Shown: positions 33,884 through 42,347 of the stretch, piece by piece
Numbering within the stretch: the first letter of the stretch is position 1
How the letters are laid out: each line of letters starts with the position of its first letter
NCBI GenBank assembly: GCA_036398375.1
Contig: DASWPQ010000060.1
Coordinates: forward strand, 72,956-136,955
Origin: Gryllotalpicola sp.
GTDB lineage: Bacteria > Actinomycetota > Actinomycetes > Actinomycetales > Microbacteriaceae
Length of the DNA: 64,000 bases
Direction: 5' to 3'
The notes under the pieces: model-generated
Databases searched by the model: none
What the model was told of the DNA's origin: nothing
What the model saw: the letters and a program-made list of their open reading frames with translations, nothing else
Translations under genes and position numbers: made by a program

Positions 33884-34344
33884 TACTTCTTGCCCAGGTC
33901 TGCCCGCGACGCGTAGAACGTGAAGCGGTACTTGCCGATCTGGACCTCGGCACCGTCGACGAGGAGCGCGGTCTCGATGCGCACGCCGTCGTAGTAGGTG
34001 CCGTTGAGCGACCCGAGGTCACGCACTTCGAAGAGGGTGCCGTGGCGGGTGAACTCCGCGTGGCGGCGGGAGACGGTGACGTCGTCGAGGAACACGTCGG
34101 CGTCGGGGTGACGGCCGGCGACCGTCGCGTCCGCGTCGAGCAGGAAGCGCGCGCCCGTGTTGGGGCCGCGGCGGACGATCAGCAGCGCGGACCCCGAGGG
34201 CAGCGCGTTGATGGCCTCGAGCTCGTCGGCGGTGACACCCGTCCCGTCGACGTTCATCGCCTGCGCGAATTCGTCATTGAAGCGCGCAGTCGTCGCTGCG
34301 TTGGCTCTCGCCGGTTCGCGCAGGGGGTTCTCGTCGGCCACCAT
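33883..34344 (-). CDS. garA: FHA protein GarA/OdhI
   Basis: GRHPDADVFLDDVTVSRRHA, DLGSLNGTY, QIGKYR; N-terminal TT. Confidence 0.9.
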   Translation of the reverse strand: MVADENPLREPARANAATTARFNDEFAQAMNVDGTGVTADELEAINALPSGSALLIVRRGPNTGARFLLDADATVAGRHPDADVFLDDVTVSRRHAEFTRHGTLFEVRDLGSLNGTYYDGVRIETALLVDGAEVQIGKYRFTFYASRADLGKK

Positions 34345-34421
34345 CGTCCTCCTTCGACTTCTTAGCGTATCGGAAAGGTCACGGCTCGGAACGGGGCAAA
34401 GCCACGCATAGAATGCGGACC

Positions 34422-35246
34422 GTGCCCCCTCTTCACGTGGATCTCTGGATTCTGATCGGCATCTGCGCCCTGACCTGGATTCTGTCCCTCGCAACGCGGG
34501 AACACTCCTGGGTCGATCGCATCTGGTCGATCGTTCCGGTCGTCTACGTGTGGGTGTTCGCCGCGGCCGCCGGACTGCACGACACGCGGCTCGATGTGAT
34601 GGCCGTCCTGGTGACTCTATGGGGAGCCCGGCTGACGTTCAACTTCGCGCGCAAGGGCGGATACGCCCGCGGCGGGGAGGACTACCGCTGGGCCCGCCTG
34701 AGGGCGCGGATGTCCCGTCCGCTGTTCGAGGTCTTCAACCTGCTCTTCATCGTCTGCTATCAGAATGTTCTGCTGCTGCTCATCGCCCTGCCGGCGTACA
34801 CCGCGTGGCAGCATCCCTCGCCCTTCACCTGGCTCGACACGCTCGTCGCGGCCGCCTTCCTTGCGGCGCTGGTCGGCGAGACGGTCGCCGACCAGCAGCA
34901 GTGGGACTTCCAGCAGTGGAAGAAGAGCGAGCGGTCCGCGGGGCGCGAGCCGAGCATCCGCTTCGTCCAGACCGGGCTGTTCCGCTACTCCCGCCATCCC
35001 AACTTCTTCTTCGAGCAGGCCCAGTGGTGGGTGCTGTTCTTCTTCGGATGCGTCGCCGCCGGCTCGCTGTGGCAGTGGACCGTCATCGGCCCGGTGCTGC
35101 TGACCGGCCTGTTCATCGGCTCGACGAACTTCACCGAGCAGATCTCCCGCGAGCGCTACCCCGAGTACCACGAGTACCAGGGCCGGGTCTCAGCCCTGAT
35201 CCCCTGGTTTCGCCGGTCGGGGGAAGGCCTCGCGCATGTGCGCTGA
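34422..35246 (+). CDS. DUF1295 (steroid 5-alpha-reductase-like) membrane protein
   Basis: SWVDRIWS, GEDYRW, ETVADQQQ, GLFRYSRHPNFFFE; TAGAAT -10 before GTG. Confidence 0.9.
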   Translation: MPPLHVDLWILIGICALTWILSLATREHSWVDRIWSIVPVVYVWVFAAAAGLHDTRLDVMAVLVTLWGARLTFNFARKGGYARGGEDYRWARLRARMSRPLFEVFNLLFIVCYQNVLLLLIALPAYTAWQHPSPFTWLDTLVAAAFLAALVGETVADQQQWDFQQWKKSERSAGREPSIRFVQTGLFRYSRHPNFFFEQAQWWVLFFFGCVAAGSLWQWTVIGPVLLTGLFIGSTNFTEQISRERYPEYHEYQGRVSALIPWFRRSGEGLAHVR

Positions 35247-35705
35247 GCCGAGGTAGCCGGCGATGCCGAGCAGCACGAGGCTGAAGGCGATCTGCTCGGT
35301 GATCATCCACGCGGGGTACAAGTGCGGGATCGCCGCGAGCACGAGCGTCACGACCGGGAAGAGGCGCGCGAACAGCGTGAGCCGCTGATAGGCCCAGTAC
35401 CAGCCGTGAGAGGCGCGCCAGGTGAAGTAGAAGAGCGTGGCCGTGATGCCGAGGACGACGAAGGTGCGCATCCAGACCGGCCAGGTGACGGATGCCCCGT
35501 GCACGGCCGTCCCGACCGCGACGGCCACCGCGGCCACGCCGAGCGCCAGCTCGAACACGAGCAGCCACACCACGCGGGTGAAGGCTTTCCGGGTGAGCGG
35601 GTGCGCGACGGCATCCGCCCCGACCCGCACCTTCGCGTGCTTGCCGCCCGCCACGCGGTCGAGGAACCGGAACAGCGGTTCGGCGCGACGGAGCAGGGCG
35701 TTCAT
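35190..35705 (-). CDS. Hypothetical 4-TM membrane protein
   Basis: Four hydrophobic segments; converges on and overlaps the DUF1295 gene by 57 bp. Confidence 0.7.
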   Translation of the reverse strand: MNALLRRAEPLFRFLDRVAGGKHAKVRVGADAVAHPLTRKAFTRVVWLLVFELALGVAAVAVAVGTAVHGASVTWPVWMRTFVVLGITATLFYFTWRASHGWYWAYQRLTLFARLFPVVTLVLAAIPHLYPAWMITEQIAFSLVLLGIAGYLGSAHMREAFPRPAKPGDQG

Positions 35706-35792
35706 GTCAGCGACCGAGGTTACCCGGTATGTCTGTGCCTTCCGCGTGTCCCGCGGCGTCCCCTGTCGGTGGCGGGGGTTAGCGTGGATCCC

Positions 35793-36281
35793 ATGTCGTG
35801 CATCCGCTTCAACACCCCCGCCCAGCGTGAACAGATGCGCAAGCTGGCGCCGAGCATGCTGACGCCCGAGGAAGTCGCGGCCCTGCATCCCGCCCCGCCG
35901 GTGACCGAGAGCAAGATCCGGCGCCTGCGGCTGCTCGCGGCGAGCGAGAACCCGAAGATCCGCGAGGCCGTCGCCTCCGGCTACAACACCCCGGCGGACC
36001 TCTTCGAGGTGCTCGCCGCGGACCCGGACGAGGGCGTGCGCGGCTGCGTGGCCCGGAACGAAGCGACGCCGTGCGACGTGCTGCGGGGTCTCGTGGCCGA
36101 TCCGAGCGAGCAGGTGCGCGGATTCCTCGCCCTGAACTACTACGTCCCGGCGGACGCGATGGACCGGCTCCGCGAAGACCGGAGCCGTACCGTGCGCGCG
36201 CTCGTGCGCTGGAAGACGGAGCTCGCCGCCGAGGAACCGCAGGCCGCGACGCCGCGGGACGCGGAACTGCAGAGCGCGTAG
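35793..36281 (+). CDS. LRV/HEAT-like repeat protein
   Basis: About 24-aa repeats LA.DP.E.VR..VA.N..TP; TAGCGT -10 before ATG. Confidence 0.8.
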   Translation: MSCIRFNTPAQREQMRKLAPSMLTPEEVAALHPAPPVTESKIRRLRLLAASENPKIREAVASGYNTPADLFEVLAADPDEGVRGCVARNEATPCDVLRGLVADPSEQVRGFLALNYYVPADAMDRLREDRSRTVRALVRWKTELAAEEPQAATPRDAELQSA

Positions 36282-36326
36282 CCGCTCGCGCGGCATCCGC
36301 CCCCTGCTCTTTACCAGGCCCGGCTC

Positions 36327-36857
36327 TTACAGGCCCGTCAGCAGCGCGTCGATCCGCACCCGCAGCTGCGGCCAGGAGTTCGCGAGCCCGGGGTGCAGTT
36401 CCAAGGTGTCGATGTCGGCGAACGGGACCCAGCGCAGCTCGATGCTCTCCGCATCGCCGATCACGGGCGTGAAGGCCCGGTCGATGTGCCCTACGACGGT
36501 CGTGTAGCTCCACCAGCCGAGGTCCCACACCGATTCGAAGTCGATGACGACCTCGCCGATCGGGATGCCGGCCTCCTCGTGCGCCTCGCGCACGGCGCCG
36601 TCCGCGGCCGACTCGCCGTCGTGGCGCGCACCGCCGGGGAGGCCCCAGGTGCCGCCGAAGTGGCTGTAGACGGCCCGGTGCTGCAGCAGCACGCCGACCT
36701 CGCGGTGGACGAGCAGCAGCCCCGCCGCCCCGTAGGTGCCCCAGAAGCGGCGCCCGTCCGGCCCCGTCACCCAGCCGTCGCCGCTGCTCAGCGGCCGTCT
36801 GGGCAGCGGCGCGCGCTCGTCGGCATGGGCCGAGAGGGGGACGTCGGGATCGCTCAC
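36327..36857 (-). CDS. NUDIX hydrolase
   Basis: GDGWV..FWG.YGAAGLL; Nudix box GG.RH.GES..GA.REAHEEAG. Confidence 0.92.
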   Translation of the reverse strand: MSDPDVPLSAHADERAPLPRRPLSSGDGWVTGPDGRRFWGTYGAAGLLLVHREVGVLLQHRAVYSHFGGTWGLPGGARHDGESAADGAVREAHEEAGIPIGEVVIDFESVWDLGWWSYTTVVGHIDRAFTPVIGDAESIELRWVPFADIDTLELHPGLANSWPQLRVRIDALLTGL

Positions 36858-36861
36858 CCTC

Positions 36862-37440
36862 TTACTCTGTCACGGCCGAGGGCGCCGGGTCCGCGATGGG
36901 TCGCGCCAGGTCGTCGCGCAGATCCGCCCCGGGCAGGCTCGCGAGCAGCCGGCCGGGCAGGACGAGCTTCGAGGCGCGGAGGCCGGAGCCGATCAGCACC
37001 AGCGGCTGCAGGGCGGCCTCGCTCGCCACGAGGATCGGCCAGCCGTTCGGCAGCCCGATCGGGGTGATGCCGCCGAACTCCATGCCGGACGAGTCGACCG
37101 CCTCCTCCTGCGGCAGGAAGGAGGCCTTGCGCACGTCGAGCACACGGCGCACGGTGCCGTTGATGTCGGCGCGGGTGTGCGAGGGCACGACGCAGGCGGC
37201 GACCCGCTGCACGCCGTCGCGCTTCCCGGCGACGACCACGCAGTTGACGAGGACCGTCTTGTCGAGGCCGTACTCGGCCTCGGTGGCGGCCGTCTCGGAC
37301 AGTGCCGGGTCGATCTCGACCACGCCGACCTCGTCGGCCAGGCCGAGGGCCGCCAGGGCGGCCGCGACGGGCGGCGCGACGAGGTCGAGGCGGGTGGAGA
37401 CGGGAACGGTGGTCAGCGAGCCGAGTGTGTAGACGCCCAT
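36862..37440 (-). CDS. YbaK/EbsC (ProXp-like) family protein
   Basis: NCVVVAGKR, GMEFGGITPIG, IGSGLRASK. Confidence 0.85.
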   Translation of the reverse strand: MGVYTLGSLTTVPVSTRLDLVAPPVAAALAALGLADEVGVVEIDPALSETAATEAEYGLDKTVLVNCVVVAGKRDGVQRVAACVVPSHTRADINGTVRRVLDVRKASFLPQEEAVDSSGMEFGGITPIGLPNGWPILVASEAALQPLVLIGSGLRASKLVLPGRLLASLPGADLRDDLARPIADPAPSAVTE

Positions 37441-37538
37441 GCCCCTACGCTATGCCGGAGCGGGGAGGAACTCGCGCCCGGAGGCGGGATGTGACGTCCC
37501 GGAACCCGCCTCCGCACGCGCGAGTCCCGTCGCTCGTG

Positions 37539-38414
37539 CTACCGTGTCGCGACGTCGGCGGGCTGCTGCGCCGGGTAGGGCTCGGCGAAGTCGGCGGAGC
37601 GGCTGACCCGCTCCCACGCCTGCGCCTCGGCGAGCTGCGCCTGCGAGTAGGCCAGCGCCATCTCGACGGCGTTGACGCCGAGCAGCAGGTGCGAGGGCGG
37701 GTTCTGCCGCCCGGCCGCCGCGACGATGATCTCGGCGGCACGCACGGGGTCGCCGGCCGGCCGGCTGCCGGTCTGGCGCATGCGCGTGTTCATCGCGCCG
37801 ACCGTCTGCTGGTAGGCCTCGGGGATGTCGCGGACCGTCATCGACGAGCCGGCCCAGTCGGTCGCGAACCCGCTCGGCTCGACGACCATGACCTGGACGC
37901 CGAAGGGCGCCGTCTCGACGGCGAGCACCCGGCTGAAGCCGTCGACCGCGAACTTGGCCGCCTGGTAGCTCGCGATGCCCGGCGAGCCGCCCACGCGGCC
38001 GCCGACGGAGGAGAACTGCACGACGAGCCCGCCGCCCTGGGCGCGCAGCTGCGGCAGGGCCGCCTTGGTCACGTTGTAGACGCCCCAGAAGTTCGTCTCG
38101 AACTGGGTGCGGAAGTCGGCGTCGTCCGTCGTCTCGATGGGCGAGACGTTGGAGTAGCCGGCGTTGTTGACGAGCACGTCGATGCGGCCGAAGCGCTGCA
38201 CGGCCGTCTCGATCGCGGCGCGAGCGGCCGCGGCATCCGTCACATCGAGGGCGACGGGCGCGATGGCCTCGCCGTACTGCGCGACGACGTCATCGAGCTG
38301 CCCGGGCGTGCGCGCCGTGGCGACCACGAGGTCGCCGGCGGCGAGGGCCGCCTGGACGAGGGCGCGGCCGAAACCGCGCGAGGAACCGGTGATGAACCAA
38401 ACCTTCTGTGACAT
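37539..38414 (-). CDS. Short-chain dehydrogenase/reductase
   Basis: TGSSRGFG, NNAG, YQAAK. Confidence 0.95.
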   Translation of the reverse strand: MSQKVWFITGSSRGFGRALVQAALAAGDLVVATARTPGQLDDVVAQYGEAIAPVALDVTDAAAARAAIETAVQRFGRIDVLVNNAGYSNVSPIETTDDADFRTQFETNFWGVYNVTKAALPQLRAQGGGLVVQFSSVGGRVGGSPGIASYQAAKFAVDGFSRVLAVETAPFGVQVMVVEPSGFATDWAGSSMTVRDIPEAYQQTVGAMNTRMRQTGSRPAGDPVRAAEIIVAAAGRQNPPSHLLLGVNAVEMALAYSQAQLAEAQAWERVSRSADFAEPYPAQQPADVATR

Positions 38415-38418
38415 GACA

Positions 38419-38467
38419 GTTAGTACAACATGGTTTCATTAATTATGCAACTCAGTTGTGTTAACGT
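38419..38467. promoter_or_regulatory. Divergent SDR/TetR promoter with imperfect palindromes
   Basis: AT-rich spacer with CAACTCAGTTG and related CAACATGGTTT; TAACGT -10 before the tetR GTG. Confidence 0.55.
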
Positions 38468-38473
38468 GGAGGG

Positions 38474-39121
38474 GTGAGCACAACCGGATTCCAGCGCGCC
38501 CGCTCGGGCGAGGCGAAGCAGCAGCGCGAGCAGGCGATCCTCGACGCCGCCGCCGCGCTGGGCGCCGCGCGCGGCATCCGCACGGTCACGCTCACAGACA
38601 TCGCCGAGGCCATCGGCATGCACAAGTCCGCGCTGCTGCGCTATTTCGAGACGCGCGAGCAGATCTTCCTCAAGCTCACCGCGGCGGGCTGGCGGGACTG
38701 GTCGGCGGCGCTGCGCGCCGAGCTGACGGCGACGGATGCCTCCCCCACGGCCGTCGCGCGGGCGCTCGCGGACTCGCTCGTCGCCCGCCCCATGTTCTGC
38801 GATCTGCTGGCGCAGGCCCCGCTCAACCTGGAGCGGAACGTCTCGCTCGAATCGGTGCGGGCGTTCAAGCTCGTCACCCTCGAGGAGGTCGAGGCGATCG
38901 GGGCGGAGCTCACCCGGCTGCTCGGGCTCACCGTGCCGCAGCGCGTCGACGTGATCGCCACCGCCACGAGCATGGCCGGCGCGCTGTGGCAGATGGCGAC
39001 GCCCGGGCCCGAGGTCGAGGAGCTCTACCGCAACGACCCGCGGCTGAGGCACGCCATCGTCGACGTCGCGCCGCGGCTCGTCCGCGTGCTGAGCGCGCTG
39101 CTGACGGGGATGCGCGGCTGA
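38474..39121 (+). CDS. TetR family regulator
   Basis: FQRARS, ILDAA..L, VTLTDIA..IGMHKSALLRYF HTH. Confidence 0.93.
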   Translation: MSTTGFQRARSGEAKQQREQAILDAAAALGAARGIRTVTLTDIAEAIGMHKSALLRYFETREQIFLKLTAAGWRDWSAALRAELTATDASPTAVARALADSLVARPMFCDLLAQAPLNLERNVSLESVRAFKLVTLEEVEAIGAELTRLLGLTVPQRVDVIATATSMAGALWQMATPGPEVEELYRNDPRLRHAIVDVAPRLVRVLSALLTGMRG

Positions 39122-39239
39122 GGGCGCGGCGGACTCAGCCCAGCGCACCGGCGAGCTCGCGCAGCGGAACCGTGCGATCAGCCGAGACCTCCATGGGCGG
39201 TCCCCCTGACGCTGCCCGCACGGCGCCTACACCCGTGTA

Positions 39240-39488
39240 TTAAGCACCTTTTTCAGGGCGAGCCAATTTCGAGAGGCCTCTTCGCTCATCGGATCTCAGT
39301 TGCACAGCGCCAGGGAGCCCCCTGGGCGGTCGCCCGCTGTACCAGAGGCCGGTTTCCTCGTACCACTGAATCTTGCGGTAGTGATCATCAAGGGCGGTAC
39401 GGACGGCCCCTCTAACCACCGCATAAAGGGTCCAGACGATGAACGCGAAAAGCAAGATGTAGAACACAACCACAATCACAACCCCCAT
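39240..39488 (-). CDS. Small single-TM hypothetical protein
   Basis: Hydrophobic N-terminal helix, GGAG RBS, basic tail; atypical codon usage. Confidence 0.6.
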   Translation of the reverse strand: MGVVIVVVFYILLFAFIVWTLYAVVRGAVRTALDDHYRKIQWYEETGLWYSGRPPRGLPGAVQLRSDERRGLSKLARPEKGA

Positions 39489-39875
39489 GACTCTCCATCC
39501 TCTCTGCGGGAATTCAGTCTGCGGAAGTGCAGCCTATGCGAGCACACGATTCATTGTCCAGATAAGTTCGCGCAGCCTCAACGGGCTCACCGTCAGCGGA
39601 TCTTCATCAGTAGTGCCGAAATCTGAAAATTCCTTAATTTGAGACGAAGTCCGGCGTAATTCTGAGAATCACGCACCTCCGCAGCCAGCGCCATCCCCAC
39701 CTTGCACGCCTGACCTGCCGCGGGAAAACGCTCCACGGACCCCGACGCGATTCCCGGATGCCGCCTATTCAGGGGCCTTACCAGCCCACAGGTTTTCTGT
39801 AGCTTCCCGGCAGGCGATGGCCGACAAAAAAACCGGTCACTGTCTTTCACTCCCGTTTGAACGAAAGAAGAACTC

Positions 39876-40580
39876 ATGCTGCGAAACCGCACGATTGCTT
39901 TCACCGGAACGGCCGTCCTCGCACTCGCCCTGACCTTCGGGGCAGGCATCACGGCCGCCAATGCTTCAACGACGACCAGCGAGCCGGCACTGACCCCCGA
40001 TCAAGAAGCCAGCCTCCGCTCGAACATGACAGCGGTCGGCATCAGCCCCGCCATGCGGGATCGGCTCATCGACAAGCTCGAGTCCGGACAAGCGCTGGAC
40101 TCGATGACCGGCGCGACTCCCACTTCTGAGTCCACGGAAGACCTCGGCACAGTGACTCGCACCATCAGCGTCTATCCTGACGGCTCCATTCGTACAGAGG
40201 ACATCGAGAACCCGACTGTGGCGACGCCCGCCGGCACTCTGGGAGGCGTACACGTGCTCGAATCGATCAGCGGCTGCACGACGTCCGGCGGCTGGCACAA
40301 CGGCTGCACGGTCAAGATCGCAGACCTCGTGAGCTCGGCGTGGTTCGTCATCGACTACATGCCGAGCTCGGCCAATGCAGCACAGGTTCGAGACATGCGA
40401 CAGAAGACCTGCGCAAACGCGATCGGCTCCTGTTCCGTGTCTGGCTCCATCAAGCGCGCAAACCAGAGTTCCGCAGGACCCGCCTGGGCGGAGATGTCCT
40501 ACACGGCCCACGCAGGGCCGATCACGGATTCAGGCGCCATGGGCATCCGCGTCTCCGGTACGAAAGTCACGCTCTACTAG
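39876..40580 (+). CDS. Secreted hypothetical protein with two Cys pairs
   Basis: Sec signal ending ANA; four Cys in the C-terminal half. Confidence 0.8.
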   Translation: MLRNRTIAFTGTAVLALALTFGAGITAANASTTTSEPALTPDQEASLRSNMTAVGISPAMRDRLIDKLESGQALDSMTGATPTSESTEDLGTVTRTISVYPDGSIRTEDIENPTVATPAGTLGGVHVLESISGCTTSGGWHNGCTVKIADLVSSAWFVIDYMPSSANAAQVRDMRQKTCANAIGSCSVSGSIKRANQSSAGPAWAEMSYTAHAGPITDSGAMGIRVSGTKVTLY

Positions 40581-40809
40581 ACCCAGCTGGCGGCGGTCCC
40601 CGTATCCCCTAGATGGGTCAACCACGCATCAGCTGCTCACGGAGGCGCCTCGGAGCACCAGTGCGAGGCGCCTCCGCGCGAAGCGATCGGAGAGGGTTGA
40701 TGAATCGTTCAGGGGCGGTGCCGAGCTCGGCCCCGTTGACCGAGATCTGGATCGGTCCGCACGACGACCTCGAGGTCGATTGCCTCGAAGCCGATCGGTC
40801 TCGCACCGC

Positions 40810-41451
40810 TCAGCGCAGCGCGCCGGCGAGCTCGCGCAGCTGCGCCTCCGCCGCCGCGAGCTCCTCCTCATAGCGACCCTGCTCCCCCGCCATCGACGGC
40901 ACCGAGGTCGACAGGGTGCGGCTCACGGTGACGATGTGCAGCTCCATGCCGAGGGCCGTGCCGAGGATCAGCTCGAGCGGCGGGACCGTGTGATCCCAGG
41001 TGGCCGTCGCGGTGTCGACGTCGTAGATCGCGCCGCGGCTCGAGACGATCACCGCAGGCCGGCCCTTCATCGGCTGGGTGTCGGAGTCGAACGGGGCCAT
41101 GAGCCCCGGAACGTGCACGTGGTCGAGCCAGGTCTTGAGGAACGACGGGATCGAGTAGTTGTACATCGGCGCGCCGACGACGAGCACGTCCGCCGCGCGC
41201 AGCTCGGCGAGCACGGCCTGCTGCACGGCGTCCGCCTCCGGCAGGCTCGGCGCGTCGGCGGGGCGCAGCCGCGGCGGCCAGTGCAGGGAGGCGTGCGGCA
41301 GGTGCGGGACGGGGTCGGCGACCAGGTCGTGGGCGACGACCGTGTGATCCGCGCCGCCCGTGGCCCAGGCATCCGCGAACACGCCGGTCAGCCGCCGGGA
41401 GACGGACGAGACGGGATCGATCGACGAGTCCAGACGCAGCAGTGACGGCAT
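40810..41451 (-). CDS. azoR: FMN-dependent NADH-azoreductase
   Basis: LLRLDSS..SVSRRL, APMYNYSIPS.LK.W.D, SSRG. Confidence 0.9.
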   Translation of the reverse strand: MPSLLRLDSSIDPVSSVSRRLTGVFADAWATGGADHTVVAHDLVADPVPHLPHASLHWPPRLRPADAPSLPEADAVQQAVLAELRAADVLVVGAPMYNYSIPSFLKTWLDHVHVPGLMAPFDSDTQPMKGRPAVIVSSRGAIYDVDTATATWDHTVPPLELILGTALGMELHIVTVSRTLSTSVPSMAGEQGRYEEELAAAEAQLRELAGALR

Positions 41452-41484
41452 GAGGTCACGCTACCGGCAATACTGGCTGCTGAC

Positions 41485-41979
41485 ATGGCCAAGAAGACCT
41501 CCGCCGCCCCCGCGACCGCCGCGACGACCGCGCTCGCCCGGGCAGGCATCCGCTTCACCCCGCACTCCTACGCGCACGACCCCGCCGCCACCGACTTCGG
41601 CGCCGAGGCGGCGCGCGAGCTCGGCGCCGCCCCGGCGCGCGTGTTCAAGACGCTGATGGTCGCCTCGGACGCCGGCTTCGGCGTCGGCATCCTGCCCGTG
41701 GACGCTCTGCTCGATCTCAAGGCGCTCGCCGCGGCCCTCGGCGGGAAGAAGGCCGAGCTGGCCGAGCCGCGCACGGCCGAGCGCAAGAGCGGCTACGTCG
41801 TCGGCGGCATCTCGCCGGTGGGTCAGCGGACCCCGCTGCCGACCGTGCTCGACTCCTCCGCCGCGGGCTTCGCGACGATCCTCGTCTCCGGCGGACGACG
41901 CGGCTTCGACCTGGAGCTCACCCCGGCGGACCTGCTCGCCGCCACCGGCGGCCGCTACGCCGACATCCGGCGGGGCTAG
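41485..41979 (+). CDS. ybaK: Cys-tRNA(Pro) deacylase YbaK
   Basis: VFKTL, GYVVGGISPVGQ, VSGGRRG. Confidence 0.92.
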   Translation: MAKKTSAAPATAATTALARAGIRFTPHSYAHDPAATDFGAEAARELGAAPARVFKTLMVASDAGFGVGILPVDALLDLKALAAALGGKKAELAEPRTAERKSGYVVGGISPVGQRTPLPTVLDSSAAGFATILVSGGRRGFDLELTPADLLAATGGRYADIRRG

Positions 41980-42347
41980 TCCTCCGCGCGCCCGGAGATC
42001 GTGATCAGCTCGCGCAGGCAGTAGTGCAGGAGCGGCTCCGGGAAGTCCGGGTCGAGGCGGTTGTAGACGACGCGGCCGTCCTTGCGGGTCGCGACGAGCC
42101 CGGCCGCGCGCAGCAGGCGCAGGGCGTAGCCGGCGGAGTCCTCGCTGACGTCGAGGGCGAGGGCCAGGTCGCCGACGCAGAGCTCCTCGGTCTCGTCGAG
42201 GGCGAAGACGATGCGCAGCCGCAGCGGGTCGGCCATGACCGACAGGAGGCCGGCCAGACGGGCGGTCTCGTCGGCCGTCGGCACGGCCTGGCGGGCGCGG
42301 GCGACGCCGGCGGCATCGATCGGATGCTCGTGCTGCATCGTCGTCAT
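41976..42347 (-). CDS. ArsR/SmtB metalloregulator
   Basis: ADPLRLRI..L, ELCVGDLA, LR.LR.AGLV..RKDGRVVY. Confidence 0.92.
   Translation of the reverse strand: MTTMQHEHPIDAAGVARARQAVPTADETARLAGLLSVMADPLRLRIVFALDETEELCVGDLALALDVSEDSAGYALRLLRAAGLVATRKDGRVVYNRLDPDFPEPLLHYCLRELITISGRAED

Larger units (their letters stand above)
39134..40840. mobile_element. Small islet bounded by 32-bp direct repeats (azoR 3' end)
   Basis: 39134-39165 and 40809-40840 are 30/32 identical; interior is AT-richer; no mobility gene. Confidence 0.65.

Noticed and set aside
40613-40808. Possible gene remnant (PLTEIWIGPHDDLE) in the islet
   Set aside because: Too short to support a family assignment without a search.
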